This document shows, one piece after another, positions 46,928-57,421 of a DNA stretch of 64,000 nucleotides. A model generated the notes under the pieces. It was not told the origin of the DNA. It searched no databases and was given only the letters and a program-made list of their open reading frames with translations. A program made the position numbers and the translations under genes. Source of the DNA: Armatimonadota bacterium. Its GTDB lineage: Bacteria; Armatimonadota; UBA5829; DSUL01. The first letter of the stretch is position 1; every line of letters begins with the position of its first letter. The DNA lies in the NCBI GenBank assembly GCA_039811685.1, contig JBDHZC010000005.1, forward strand, positions 1 through 64,000, in the 5' to 3' direction.

Positions 46928-49900
46928 CTATGCGTCGGCCGGCAAACGAAGAAGTCCATCGAGTTCCACCAGCGCGCCATCCTGAAGCAGTGCCAGTATT
47001 TCGGTGGTGGCCGCGTCTACCATTGCGTCAAGACATCTTGAGAAGCCCAGCATCTGCCACGCCGACCGCGCGGCATCTTCCTTGGACATACCGCACGATA
47101 CGTCAACGCCTCTGACAACGGCAGCTCGCAACTCTTCAGGTGCAACCCACTCAGATCTCTTTTCTTGCGCAGGTAGCGACGACCTGTCGCGGGGTATGAT
47201 CACGCCACCGTCGAACAGGTACACAAAGCTACCTTTTCTGCGCACGTAAGTAGCGGCAACGGCAGCGTGTAGGGCTTGCTCTACAGCCCTCTGCACGCGT
47301 CGTCCTGCTCTACCAAGTCCAGCCGATGTGCGCATTCGTTGACAGAGTAGAGCTTCGTGAATCGGCGCCTCAACTCTTGCGATTTGAGCAATCCAGTATG
47401 CGAGGCGCGAGTCCGGCATAATTTGTATGGGCACACCGTTTTGCTCGATAGGTTCGCTCCAGGCCACATACGGAACGGTTTTCGGACCGTTCCGTATGTG
47501 GCCCGGAGCCTCCATTTTGATAAAGTCTTCGGGTTTCGGTGCAGAAGCGGCGTCGCTTACCGTTGGTGGCTCCGGAGCGTCTGCTGCATGTGCACGTTCT
47601 ATGGCTTCAATGCACCTTTGCACTTCGCCTTCGCGCGACTGCCACCAGTCCGTGCTCCAGATTCTATGTAGTTTCCAGCCTCGAACCTCGAGTGCCATCT
47701 GTCTGAGCTTGTCACGGTCGCGAGCACTCTTGGCGCTGTGGTAGCTGGCTCCGTCGCACTCGATCCCCAGCACATAACGACCAGGCTTTTGTCTGTGGCG
47801 CACCGCGAGGTCAATGTAAAATCCGATTGAGCCGACCTGCATGTCCACCTCATATCCATGGGCTTGAAGTTCCCGGGCAACCTGCGCTTCGAATTCGGAG
47901 CCGACTCCACGGCCTGAAGGCTTTGGGTCGTCCAGCTCTCCAGTCTGGGCAAATTGGAGAAACCTCTTCAGGACGCTGACACCTCTGCCAGGCGCATCGG
48001 ACAACCGTATGTCCGACGCTGTAATGCTCGAAAAAACCTCGCATCTGAAGCGCGCTCTGGACATCAGGACATTGAGTCGTCGCTCCCCCCCCTCCTTGTT
48101 GACGGGGCCAAAGTTCATGGCGACATAGCCATGCTCGTCCGGTCCATATCCGACGCTAATGAAGATGACATCTCGCTCATCACCCTGGATGGTCTCAAGA
48201 TTCTTAACAAATAGGCGCTCGAACGGATGTGCCTCATCAAAAGCTTCCAGCACCTGTGGATGCTCTGCGCGCAGCAGTTCTAAAGCGTCTTCAATTGCCG
48301 CTTGTTGTTGCTTGCTAAACGCCGCAACGCCCAAGGAGGGCGCTCGAGGGTCAGAAACGTGCGAAATGACAGTCTGGGCCACAGCCATAGCTTGTGCCCG
48401 GTTGACTCCGGAACCGCCTCTATCATAGATGTGGGAACGGTCATAATGCCATCGCAAGCCAAGAGGTGTCTTTTCGTTCTTGCCCTCGAACGACGGGTGA
48501 GGGAAAATGACAAGGCCGTGGTCATAAAACTCGTTCGATGGGCGGATCAGATCGGGATGCTTGCTTCGGTAGTGCCAGCGAAGATCAGATGACCTGGAGG
48601 TTCCCCGAACAACCGATGCCATAAGAGCCAGAATACTCTCAAGTTGGCCGATCGATGTGACGGCGGCATCTGCATCGTCATCGGAGCCGTCATCCGCGGC
48701 CATTTTGTCAAAGAACGAGGTGGGAGGCATCTGCTTGCTGTCTCCCACCACAATAGTTTGTTTGCCTCTCAAGATTGCAGGCAATGCGTCTTCTGGCTTA
48801 ATCTGACTGGCTTCATCAAAGATAACGACGTCAAACTGACACCGGAGGTCACGCGGTAAGAACTGGGAGACGCTTAACGGGCTCATCAGGAACAGCGGTT
48901 TGATCTGCTGAATCGCAGGTCCAGCGGTCTCCAGTGCCCAGCGAATTGATTTGCTGGGCCGTTGAAGCTCGGTCTGCCGCCTCACCTGACTGAGGTTGCC
49001 ACCGATTCCCTCCCAGCCAGGTAGCCCCGCCAAGTGAGCGGCCCTAACTTTTGCGCGGTTAATTACGAGGATCAAGTCGTCGATCTTTCGGAAGTCTTTC
49101 AGAGCTTGCTCATGTTCGGAGCGGGTGTAGTTCTGCAGAGCGGGGCGGGTATGCATGGCCTCTGACAGAATACCGTCGGTGTAGGACCTGATAAGACTGT
49201 CACATAGAAGTTCAGCGCCATTGGGCCACGTAGCGGAATGCTTTACCACCTCTCCAAGCTGCACGTCTTGGAGATTAGCTGCTGCAATGACAAGCGAGCA
49301 CATTTCCTGGACCCGGTCAAAGTTATCCTGCCAGGTGTGGAGACGGGCGAAAGTTGTCTCCATATCTTTTTCATCAACCTGAGTCACCGGGTACTGAAGC
49401 TGTGAGAACAGGGAGCGCGTTGTCTCCACGGCCTGCTGAACCGCTTGCGCGCACTCTTGTGCCTCAGTGGCAAGTCCGCTTGCGTCGAACGAAGCTTCGA
49501 AGAAGTCTAGCAGGCTCGCGGGCACTTGCTGATTCGCTACGTCCGAGCGAACACATAGGCACCATTCGAGAAGGCGAGTGAGTACAATTGGATCTGTTCT
49601 CTCGCCCTGCCACTGTGCGCCAAAGAGCTGCGCCATCAATTCTGAGCCTTGCTCTATCGCGCCTCGCAGCCTCTGAATCTCGGCAACATCTCGCAACAGC
49701 TCTAGCTGCTCTGGTGGAGTCAAACTGGAAGGAGATAAGAGGAGTGCCTTGAGACCTTTCGAGCGGCGGCGGAACTCCGGCGAAATTGAACGCCACCAGC
49801 GTCCCGCCCACTTTTCATACGCTGGCAGCGCAGCAGTTATGTCGGAGTTCCAGATATGTTCGGAGACCAACGAGCTCCGTTCGGTCAATATCTCTTGAAG

Positions 49901-51724
49901 CCTGGTGAGATTCTGGATCGTGTCTTTGACTGCAGGAGCTGCAGATTCCCACGTGGAAAGTCGAACGGCTACGCCGTCGTGAACCGGAGCCTCAACAGCC
50001 CGTTTTGCACAGGCGGACAGGACCGCCGAGTCGGATGGCCTTTCTGGCTTTGGCAGGCATAGCCTTTCCGCTAGAGTGTTTGCCCGCCTAATGGCATCCG
50101 GCCACTGGTCCAGCGCCTGCTGCAGCGTACTCTGAATCTGCGTCCGTTGCATGGGTGTCAGGACACGCAGGTTAACGCCGTAAAAGGGGTGTTGAGACGG
50201 TACTCCTATCTCTTTCAGTCTGTCCTGGTAGGCTTGTACTTGTGGCAGCAGCGTTTGCATTTGTTGCCAAGTAAATGCTCTGAGTGAATCAAAGGATATT
50301 CGAAAAGGGATGTCTTCAGGTCTTTCGGGCGGCAGTGCAGATGCCAGTCCGATTGCTTCATGAGGTGTTATTCCCCAGGGAAGGACCGGCTCATTAACCG
50401 CGCTGCTGTAGTCGTTGAGTCGGTCACGCAGGGAAGTAAGCCGGTTTGCTTCGGCATCCGCATCTTCAAGCGACCCTTTCAGACCCATAACGCGTCTCAG
50501 CTCGCCGTAAAAGCTCTTTCGTGTACTTTGCTTGCTGTGCAGCTCAAGACCAATATCCTTCAGCCCGGCTTCATCCAGCTTTCTCGCAACGACGTCAAGC
50601 GCCGCCATCTTTTCTGAGACAAACAGTACCTTCTTTCCGGCTGCAATCATCTCAGAAATGAGATTGACGATCGTCTGCGATTTGCCTGTGCCTGGAGGGC
50701 CCTCAATGACCATGGACTGCCCTGTCTGGGCGCGTATAATTGCCAGCGCCTGAGAGCTATCGCAGTTGTATATCTCACGGCATGCGCTGATGGGCCTGTA
50801 GGGGTCAACTGGCTCATCTTCAGACGGAGTTGAAGGAGAGGATGTGAAAGAGCCACCTAGAAGTGCGACAACATCAGGATGCTGTGTAGGCAGGCTGCCT
50901 TCAGGCCACTGTGACTCCTCCAGGTCCTTGTACATCACTAGCTTTGAAAACTGGAAGAATGACAGCCAGATAGACTCCGAGTCTACTCTCCACGTTTTTT
51001 GATCCGCCACACAGCCCTGCACCGCTTCAGCATACTCGCGTATACTTCCCCCTTCGTCTAGATCAGGAACCTTGATTCCAAAATCCTGCTCAAGCTTAAC
51101 GTGAAGAGACAGGTTCGTTCCCACATCCTCGCCCGTATATCGCAGATTGAACTTACCAGTTGGAAGTCGCTCCAGCGCGACAGGCAGAAAGATCAGTGGA
51201 GCAGCCCGCTCGTCTTGAGATGATTCTGACTCCCGCCAATATAGAGCTCCAAAAGCAAGAAACAGTACATTCAGCCCGGTCTCCTGCTGGATGAGGTGTG
51301 ACTCGCGGAAGCTCTTAAGAAGCCGTGTTTCGAGAGTAGAGGAAAGGTGCGGAGTGTTCAGGACGGAGTCCGACTGATCTACCGGTGCTGCATTAGAAGT
51401 CGCATCTCCGAGAGGCAGCTCCTTGGCCGCACCCTCCTCGCCTTCTCGGTCGGGACGGCCCCGAAAGCTCATTGCTTTTGAGATATCCTGCAGGCGCTGA
51501 AAGACCTGATCAGGATTCTCCCCAACCACTTGCACGCCGTGAGTCTTGGCAAGACGGAAGTTCAGCATATTGTTCCGGTTGCTAATGTCAACCAGCTTAG
51601 TACGTAGAGCTTCGTATTGGTCGGCGATTATAGCCACGTGCTGTTCCTGAGACAAATTGGGGGGCCGGACAACTTCAAAGGTTAGCTGCGGTCGCAACTG
51701 GTCTTCACGAAGATGCCCGCACAC
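46928..51724 (-). CDS. DUF4011 - SF1 helicase (AAA_11/12) - Vsr/MTES_1575-like nuclease - DUF3320 protein (Hhe-like candidate defence)
   Basis: 'KLVDIS.RN.MLNF', 'GPPGTGKSQT', 'MSPLSVSQFL', 'FDEASQ', 'GDSKQMPP', 'QGDERD', 'IECDGASYH', 'RDRDKLRQ', 'RIWSTDW', 'EAPIHE'. Confidence 0.88.
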   Translation of the reverse strand: MCGHLREDQLRPQLTFEVVRPPNLSQEQHVAIIADQYEALRTKLVDISNRNNMLNFRLAKTHGVQVVGENPDQVFQRLQDISKAMSFRGRPDREGEEGAAKELPLGDATSNAAPVDQSDSVLNTPHLSSTLETRLLKSFRESHLIQQETGLNVLFLAFGALYWRESESSQDERAAPLIFLPVALERLPTGKFNLRYTGEDVGTNLSLHVKLEQDFGIKVPDLDEGGSIREYAEAVQGCVADQKTWRVDSESIWLSFFQFSKLVMYKDLEESQWPEGSLPTQHPDVVALLGGSFTSSPSTPSEDEPVDPYRPISACREIYNCDSSQALAIIRAQTGQSMVIEGPPGTGKSQTIVNLISEMIAAGKKVLFVSEKMAALDVVARKLDEAGLKDIGLELHSKQSTRKSFYGELRRVMGLKGSLEDADAEANRLTSLRDRLNDYSSAVNEPVLPWGITPHEAIGLASALPPERPEDIPFRISFDSLRAFTWQQMQTLLPQVQAYQDRLKEIGVPSQHPFYGVNLRVLTPMQRTQIQSTLQQALDQWPDAIRRANTLAERLCLPKPERPSDSAVLSACAKRAVEAPVHDGVAVRLSTWESAAPAVKDTIQNLTRLQEILTERSSLVSEHIWNSDITAALPAYEKWAGRWWRSISPEFRRRSKGLKALLLSPSSLTPPEQLELLRDVAEIQRLRGAIEQGSELMAQLFGAQWQGERTDPIVLTRLLEWCLCVRSDVANQQVPASLLDFFEASFDASGLATEAQECAQAVQQAVETTRSLFSQLQYPVTQVDEKDMETTFARLHTWQDNFDRVQEMCSLVIAAANLQDVQLGEVVKHSATWPNGAELLCDSLIRSYTDGILSEAMHTRPALQNYTRSEHEQALKDFRKIDDLILVINRAKVRAAHLAGLPGWEGIGGNLSQVRRQTELQRPSKSIRWALETAGPAIQQIKPLFLMSPLSVSQFLPRDLRCQFDVVIFDEASQIKPEDALPAILRGKQTIVVGDSKQMPPTSFFDKMAADDGSDDDADAAVTSIGQLESILALMASVVRGTSRSSDLRWHYRSKHPDLIRPSNEFYDHGLVIFPHPSFEGKNEKTPLGLRWHYDRSHIYDRGGSGVNRAQAMAVAQTVISHVSDPRAPSLGVAAFSKQQQAAIEDALELLRAEHPQVLEAFDEAHPFERLFVKNLETIQGDERDVIFISVGYGPDEHGYVAMNFGPVNKEGGERRLNVLMSRARFRCEVFSSITASDIRLSDAPGRGVSVLKRFLQFAQTGELDDPKPSGRGVGSEFEAQVARELQAHGYEVDMQVGSIGFYIDLAVRHRQKPGRYVLGIECDGASYHSAKSARDRDKLRQMALEVRGWKLHRIWSTDWWQSREGEVQRCIEAIERAHAADAPEPPTVSDAASAPKPEDFIKMEAPGHIRNGPKTVPYVAWSEPIEQNGVPIQIMPDSRLAYWIAQIARVEAPIHEALLCQRMRTSAGLGRAGRRVQRAVEQALHAAVAATYVRRKGSFVYLFDGGVIIPRDRSSLPAQEKRSEWVAPEELRAAVVRGVDVSCGMSKEDAARSAWQMLGFSRCLDAMVDAATTEILALLQDGALVELDGLLRLPADA

Positions 51725-52089
51725 ACTTGCGTGATGTTCTTACACGAACGCCTGTCGTTATTCCTCCGCGGTGCTTCGATATTCGTCTGCGAGGTATTCA
51801 GACTAGGTCGAACTCAACTGCCTATGGGCCTCCTGGAGGTTGAAGGTCGGCTGCAAAATGTTCAAATTGTCGAGTGATTTTCAATTTCGACCTTTTCCTC
51901 TTGGAGCGAAGCGGCATTTGCAGGCCGGCAGATTAGACTAAATAGACGAAGCGTTCGGTTGAGCCAGCTACCTTCATCCACCGCGCCCGGGCCACCGTTT
52001 TTTGACCTGATGGGTGAGTTTGCCTTACAATAGCCGCCGGAAATGGGTGGAGCTGAAGTTAACGGGCTCCCTGGAGGCGATATCTGAGT

Positions 52090-52740
52090 ATGCGCAGAAT
52101 CAACCTTGTCATTGTGGCGGTCCTGGTTCCCTTTGGGTGCGGGACGCCTTTGGATTCCGACGCCGCCGTAAGACGGACGCGAGCGAGAAAGGTCTGGACG
52201 CCGCCGAAAGTTGTGGATTTGCTGCCGAGGTATCCAGGCGGTGTGCTGCAAAGTGAGCTTGTGTTGGAGAAAGGCTACATTCTCCCCGCCGTAGCGAGGT
52301 TTGCCAACGAAGCGCTCGGGATCAATCTGGCGGATGCGGCCAGGCGCTCAGAGACCAGCGCCGAAGAACGCCAGCGAGCTGCCGATCTGAAGGCTCTTGG
52401 AGCGGCAATTGCGCAGGTTGACGCGGTTTATCTCAATCAGGTCGCCTTTCCAAACGGCGCAGACGCTGCGGAGGTGATGGCGTATTTCGCAAAGGCCGAC
52501 GCCGCGAAGGGAATGAGGCGCGTTTTGTATCTTGCGGGCGACGATGGCCGCGTGACCTCCGTTTGGGCAGCCTGGGGCGGAAAAGACCTGCTGGGCGCCT
52601 CCGTAATTCCGGACAAAGAACTCGGGAAAGGCGGCAGGATGCTTTATGCCGCCCGGATTCAGGGCTCGATAGATCTGACAAAGCTGCTTCAGATTCCCTC
52701 AGTGCGCAAGCTGTTTCTAAGGAAGTCCACAGACAACTGA
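52090..52740 (+). CDS. Exported hypothetical protein (possibly DUF4252-like), paralogue 1
   Basis: Signal-like N-terminus; 'PRYPGG..SELVL.K', 'ARIQGSIDLTKLL'. Confidence 0.6.
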   Translation: MRRINLVIVAVLVPFGCGTPLDSDAAVRRTRARKVWTPPKVVDLLPRYPGGVLQSELVLEKGYILPAVARFANEALGINLADAARRSETSAEERQRAADLKALGAAIAQVDAVYLNQVAFPNGADAAEVMAYFAKADAAKGMRRVLYLAGDDGRVTSVWAAWGGKDLLGASVIPDKELGKGGRMLYAARIQGSIDLTKLLQIPSVRKLFLRKSTDN

Positions 52741-52854
52741 AGGGCCGCAAAAACCAGGCGTTTCTTGACAAAACGCGCGCGATGCCGCAGACTCCAGCGT
52801 CGGATCGACCCGAAAGGAACGCCAGGACGGCGCATTGGAAGAAGGAGAGCTGAG

Positions 52855-53499
52855 TTGAAGAAACACAGCATAACTGCCCTTTGCGCAGCAATTCTAAGCG
52901 CGTCGCTTATTACTTCAAGTGGCGCAGCGGCGAAGAAACCTGTCAGCGCGAAGACCACGAAAGCCGCCTCAGCGCCGGTCTCCTCACCCGCGATACCCTA
53001 CTTCCCCGGCGCACAGGTGCTTACAGAGCTGACGCTTCCGAAAGATACGCTGCTTGCTGTAGTACAGGATTTGCTGAACTCAAGCGGGGCTGGAGACGCG
53101 GGGGCCTCGAGCGCTTCACCCCCGAAAGATCGGAGCTGGACCGCTCTTCCTCTCATGCAGATTCTTGCGCAGGTGGATGGCCTCTACTATCTGGAGATCG
53201 CTTTGCAGCCGGGAGCCCCGGAAGACGCCGCGCACTCGTTTTATACGCGTTTTCCAGAGTCCAGGAAGATGACGCGCATCTACAGAAGCGCCAAAGCCGA
53301 GATGGGGACTCTTGAGTTGTGGTCGGGCTCCGGTGGCGCAGGACTCTACGGCGTCATGCTGATTCCCAGGAACGCCTCAGACCCCACGTCTGTAACACTG
53401 CTTCGAGTGGCGCGTGTGGACGGGTATATCGATGCACGCAAACTTCTGTCCGATCCCAACGTCCAATCTCTGATTGAGCAGACTCTGGCGAAGAAATAG
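52855..53499 (+). CDS. Exported hypothetical protein (possibly DUF4252-like), paralogue 2
   Basis: TTG start after AGGAG; signal peptide; 'PYFPGA..TELTLPK', 'ARVDGYIDARKLL'. Confidence 0.6.
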   Translation: MKKHSITALCAAILSASLITSSGAAAKKPVSAKTTKAASAPVSSPAIPYFPGAQVLTELTLPKDTLLAVVQDLLNSSGAGDAGASSASPPKDRSWTALPLMQILAQVDGLYYLEIALQPGAPEDAAHSFYTRFPESRKMTRIYRSAKAEMGTLELWSGSGGAGLYGVMLIPRNASDPTSVTLLRVARVDGYIDARKLLSDPNVQSLIEQTLAKK

Positions 53500-53637
53500 C
53501 GAAAACTTGTCAATCACGCCTGCAAACGTGCTACAATAGCCCGGCATGGCCTTTTGGGTGCGGATTGAATAAATGCGCGTCCGGCGGGCATTGAAATCCT
53601 GCCAGTCCTGATTCTGTTCAGAGAAAAGGAGTTCTCT

Positions 53638-54561
53638 ATGAAGACGGCGACATGGATAGCTGTTGGTTGTGCGGTGGGGATGGCGATGGCGCCCCTTGCC
53701 TGCGCTGCTGAGGCTACCGCGATTACCCTTCCAAAAGACACTCTCGTCACCCTTCGGTTTACCGATCCGATCTCCACCCGTTCCGCTGTTCTGGGTCAAC
53801 AGGTACACTTGCGCGTTGCCAATGACGTGTATCTGGGGACAGACCTTGTTATCCACGCAGACGAACCCACTGTGGCGACGATAACGGATGTTGAGAAGCC
53901 TCGCTCGTGGGGGCGCAGCGGGAAGCTGGAGATCGAGTTCTCTACTGTAAAAGCCTTTGACGGCTCGGACGTGCGTCTGGGCCCGTGGGCTCAAGAGAAA
54001 AAGGCCGGAATGAAGACTGCCGCCGGTGCGACTATTGGCGGCATCGTGGTGCTTGGTCCGGTTGGCGCGCTCGGAGGAATGTTTGTCAAGGGCAAGCAGG
54101 TGGACATTCCTGTTGGGCAGGAGATCGTAGCGGCGGTGCGATGGGATACGCCCCTTGCGATGCCAGCTTCTTCCATAGCGGCGCTTCCGCATAACGCCGG
54201 CGCCGCTGGGGCTGTCGTGCCTGACTCTATTTCTGCTCCGCTCCCTGCTTCCGAGCCTGCGGCGGCGCAGGCGATTGACGCGGATTCAACTCCGCTGCCT
54301 GTCGCGCCCGCCCTGGTTCAGATCACGGATGGTGAGGCGGTTGTCCAGGCGCCTGCCGTGCCCGCAGTCAAGCCCGCTCTTCCTCCAGCGAAAAGCACCA
54401 CAAAGCCGGCCGCTCCGGTGAAGCCTGCGACTCCTGCCAAATCTGCTGTGCCGGCGGCTCCAAAGAAGGCGGCTGTCGCCCCCGCGACTCCCATCCCTGG
54501 AGCTCTGCAAGAGCCTTCCGCGACTGTTGCGCCGGTCATTCCGTTTATTGAAGAGCCGTAG
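53638..54561 (+). CDS. Secreted hypothetical protein with beta domain, Gly-rich hydrophobic segment and Pro/Ala/Lys-rich tail
   Basis: AGGAG RBS; signal peptide; 'LPKDTLVTL', 'GRSGKL', 'GGMFVKGKQVDIPVG'. Confidence 0.7.
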   Translation: MKTATWIAVGCAVGMAMAPLACAAEATAITLPKDTLVTLRFTDPISTRSAVLGQQVHLRVANDVYLGTDLVIHADEPTVATITDVEKPRSWGRSGKLEIEFSTVKAFDGSDVRLGPWAQEKKAGMKTAAGATIGGIVVLGPVGALGGMFVKGKQVDIPVGQEIVAAVRWDTPLAMPASSIAALPHNAGAAGAVVPDSISAPLPASEPAAAQAIDADSTPLPVAPALVQITDGEAVVQAPAVPAVKPALPPAKSTTKPAAPVKPATPAKSAVPAAPKKAAVAPATPIPGALQEPSATVAPVIPFIEEP

Positions 54562-54746
54562 CGCCTTCGTCTGCGCTGCGATTGCGGACGAGCGGCTGTA
54601 CTGAGGCCAGCGTAGCGTGTACTGCCGGTCTGAAAAAATGGAAAAAGCTCTGAGAGGCTTTGACGTGGCGGCTGTAGGAGCGCCTTCCGCTTCTCTCGCA
54701 GCCGCCCGTCTGACTGTGTGACTGGAAAGGATCTGATCACCGCCCA

Positions 54747-55745
54747 ATGGCAAAGAAAATTGCGCTGATTCCGGGTGACGGCATTGGTCCGGAGGTATCC
54801 AACGCAGCGACATCGGTGGTGGATGCGCTGGGCGTCAAAATCGACTGGGTGGAGCTGGAGGTTGGCGCGGCTGCTTTTGCCAAGTACGGCAAGCCGGTGC
54901 CGGATCACGTATTTGATGAAGTCAAAGATCTGGGTGTGGCGCTCAAAGGCCCCGCTACGACTCCGATTGGCGGTGGCTTCAGCAGTCCAAATGTCGCCCT
55001 GCGCCAGGGACTGGATCTGTACGCGTCCCTGCGGCCGGTGCGAACGCTTCCAGGGGTCAAGTCCCGTTTTTCAGACGTTGATATCGTCGTCGTGCGCGAG
55101 AACACGGAGGGACTGTATTCCTCCAAGGAGCACCTGGTGGTGCCGGGCGTGGCAGAGTCTCTGAAGATCTGTACGGAGCAGGCGTCTATCCGCATAGCGG
55201 AGTTTGCATTTGACTACGCCGTCAAGAACAACCGCCGCAAAGTCACCGCCGTCCACAAAGCCAATATCATGAAGCTGACAGACGGGATGTTTCTGGAGTG
55301 CGCGCGCAAAGTCTCACACAAGTACGGTGACATTGAGTACAACGAGCTGATTGTTGACAACGTGTGCATGCAGCTTGTGATTGATCCCACGCGCTTTGAC
55401 GTGCTCTTGATGGAGAATCTCTACGGAGACATTGTGTCCGAGCTGTGCTCAGGGCTTGTTGGAGGTGTTGGCGTAGTGCCGGGCGCCAACTACGGCAGGA
55501 AAGCTGTAATCTTTGAGGCGGTACACGGCAGCGCTCCGGACATTGCCGGCAAGAACCGCGCCAATCCGCTGGGGATAATCCTTTCAGCGCGTCTGATGCT
55601 GGATCACATTGGAGAGCATGCGGCCTCTGAGCGCCTCTACAGCGCAATACTGAAGCTCCTGTCAGACGCGGACTCCCTGACACCGGACCTCGGAGGAAAA
55701 GCCGGGACCCGGGAGATGACCTCCGCACTTATTGCGAGGCTCTAG
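54747..55745 (+). CDS. Isocitrate/isopropylmalate dehydrogenase family (NAD-IDH-like)
   Basis: 'IPGDGIGPE', 'SPNVALR', 'RENTEG', 'HKANIMK', 'NLYGDI', 'HGSAPDIAG'. Confidence 0.92.
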   Translation: MAKKIALIPGDGIGPEVSNAATSVVDALGVKIDWVELEVGAAAFAKYGKPVPDHVFDEVKDLGVALKGPATTPIGGGFSSPNVALRQGLDLYASLRPVRTLPGVKSRFSDVDIVVVRENTEGLYSSKEHLVVPGVAESLKICTEQASIRIAEFAFDYAVKNNRRKVTAVHKANIMKLTDGMFLECARKVSHKYGDIEYNELIVDNVCMQLVIDPTRFDVLLMENLYGDIVSELCSGLVGGVGVVPGANYGRKAVIFEAVHGSAPDIAGKNRANPLGIILSARLMLDHIGEHAASERLYSAILKLLSDADSLTPDLGGKAGTREMTSALIARL

Positions 55746-55908
55746 AGCCGTTTCTTTTTCTTGCGCGCGCTCCGAAATCTGACAACTGAGCCCGGACGGA
55801 TTTGTCTTTCAGCGGTGTTGCCTGCAAATGTGGCATGTGCTAAAATGCAGGGTTGCTGAACGCACCTTACAGCAGGCGCTAGCGCACACTTTAGGAGCCA
55901 ACACACAA

Positions 55909-56172
55909 TTGCCGAATATTAAGTCCGTCGTAAAAGACGTAAAGAAATCCAGGGAGCGCCGACTCCGCAATCTGACATGGCGCTCGAAGATCAAGACCTT
56001 CTCCAAGAAGACACGTCAGGCTATTGGCACGGAGCAGGAAGGCCAGATGCTGAAGATGACGGCAAGTGTCGTTGACAGCGCTGCGCAGAAGGGCATCATC
56101 CACAAGAATGCCGCAGCCCGGCGCAAGTCACGCCTGATGAAAAGAGCGGCGCAGGCCGCCAAGACGGCTTAG
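55909..56172 (+). CDS. rpsT: 30S ribosomal protein S20
   Basis: TTG start after AGGAG: MPNIKS...'KGIIHKNAAARRKSRL'. Confidence 0.95.
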   Translation: MPNIKSVVKDVKKSRERRLRNLTWRSKIKTFSKKTRQAIGTEQEGQMLKMTASVVDSAAQKGIIHKNAAARRKSRLMKRAAQAAKTA

Positions 56173-56308
56173 AAGTCCCGCTTTCCTGCGACTGGTCTCT
56201 CAGGCGCAGGTCGCCTGACAATTCCGGAGCGCTCAGCGCTTCCATCGACAAGCCCCGCGCAGATGCGTGAGGGCTTTGTTACGTACAGCCGTAGCAGCGC
56301 GACAATCT

Positions 56309-57421
56309 TCAGCGGCGGGCTGCGGATCTGGCGGATGTCTGCGCACGCGTGGCGACGCGGGCCAGACGCCAGACGCACATCTCCAGGTCGGCGAAGGGCT
56401 CTCCCACCGAAGGCGCGCGCCCTTTCAGCGCCAGGTCTGTTTGTGCCAGAAGATCAAAAACCTCTCCCACTGCCTTCAGGTCAAAGCGCTCCGCCTGCGC
56501 CCGGTATTTCCCCATTAGAAAGGGCGTGCGCTTGATGGAATCCAGCAGATTGGGAGACGATGGCAGGAGATCGGCGCAGCCGGAGGGCAGTGCGGAAACG
56601 TCCCGAAACGCGAATCCTTTGTCCCGCAGCACTCTGGCCTGCCACAGCAGCCGGAAGTGCCTCGCCAGGACCGCCAGTGTTCTGTGCGCGGTTGCGCGCT
56701 CATCGTCACCCGCCGCGAACATGTCGCGCAGCATATCCCCTGCAACCCGCGCTCGCCCGTCGCAAACCGCATCAATCATCGCGAAGATTCGGTCCTCGTG
56801 CGGAGGCGGAATCAGCGCTTCAACGTCTTTGGCGCTCACGGTAGTTTTTGGATAGGCGTGGCTGGCGAGCTTGTGCAGTTCGTTGGCAAGCTGCCAGAAG
56901 TTCGGACCCAGACGCCGGATAAGCTCCTGAGCCGCAGCCGGCTCGATCTTGACACCTTGCCGGGTAGCCTCCTGCGCAAGAAACGCGCGGGCGTCCTCGG
57001 GCTTTGCCTGCGCGCACGTGACGACAGCGCCACCGGCCTTCTCCACCGCCTTCAACAGCGCGAGCATGTCTTTGCCGGTGTCCACACACGATTCCAGCAC
57101 AAGGCACCCGCGTGGAGCGGGTAGCGTGACGAACTGAGCGAGCTGCTGGATCTCGCTCGCCGGAGCGTTCTGTAGGTTGCGAACAAGGACCACCCGCCGA
57201 CCCGAAGCCAGAGGGATTGTCTGCCAGGCGGCCAGAGCCTGCGCTGCTTTCAAAGACTCACCTTCCAGCGCGTCTGTGTCAAACTCGGCGAACGACGGCT
57301 CCAGAAAGCGTTTGGAAATCAGCGCCAGCGCCTGTTTGCGCGCCATGTCCTCCGGTCCTACGACAGCGAAGACAGCGGTATCTGGAACCTGCTTTTGCAG
57401 AGCGGCGGGAGTTATTTTCAC
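56309..57421 (-). CDS. holA: DNA polymerase III delta subunit
   Basis: 'GPE', 'TIPLASGRRVVLV', 'NELHKL', 'IFAMIDAV', 'TDLALKG'; convergent with rpsT. Confidence 0.88.
   Translation of the reverse strand: MKITPAALQKQVPDTAVFAVVGPEDMARKQALALISKRFLEPSFAEFDTDALEGESLKAAQALAAWQTIPLASGRRVVLVRNLQNAPASEIQQLAQFVTLPAPRGCLVLESCVDTGKDMLALLKAVEKAGGAVVTCAQAKPEDARAFLAQEATRQGVKIEPAAAQELIRRLGPNFWQLANELHKLASHAYPKTTVSAKDVEALIPPPHEDRIFAMIDAVCDGRARVAGDMLRDMFAAGDDERATAHRTLAVLARHFRLLWQARVLRDKGFAFRDVSALPSGCADLLPSSPNLLDSIKRTPFLMGKYRAQAERFDLKAVGEVFDLLAQTDLALKGRAPSVGEPFADLEMCVWRLARVATRAQTSARSAARR

Noticed and set aside
54180..54540. Tandem DNA repeat in the Pro/Ala/Lys tail
   Set aside because: Low-complexity protein linker with no exact nucleotide periodicity.
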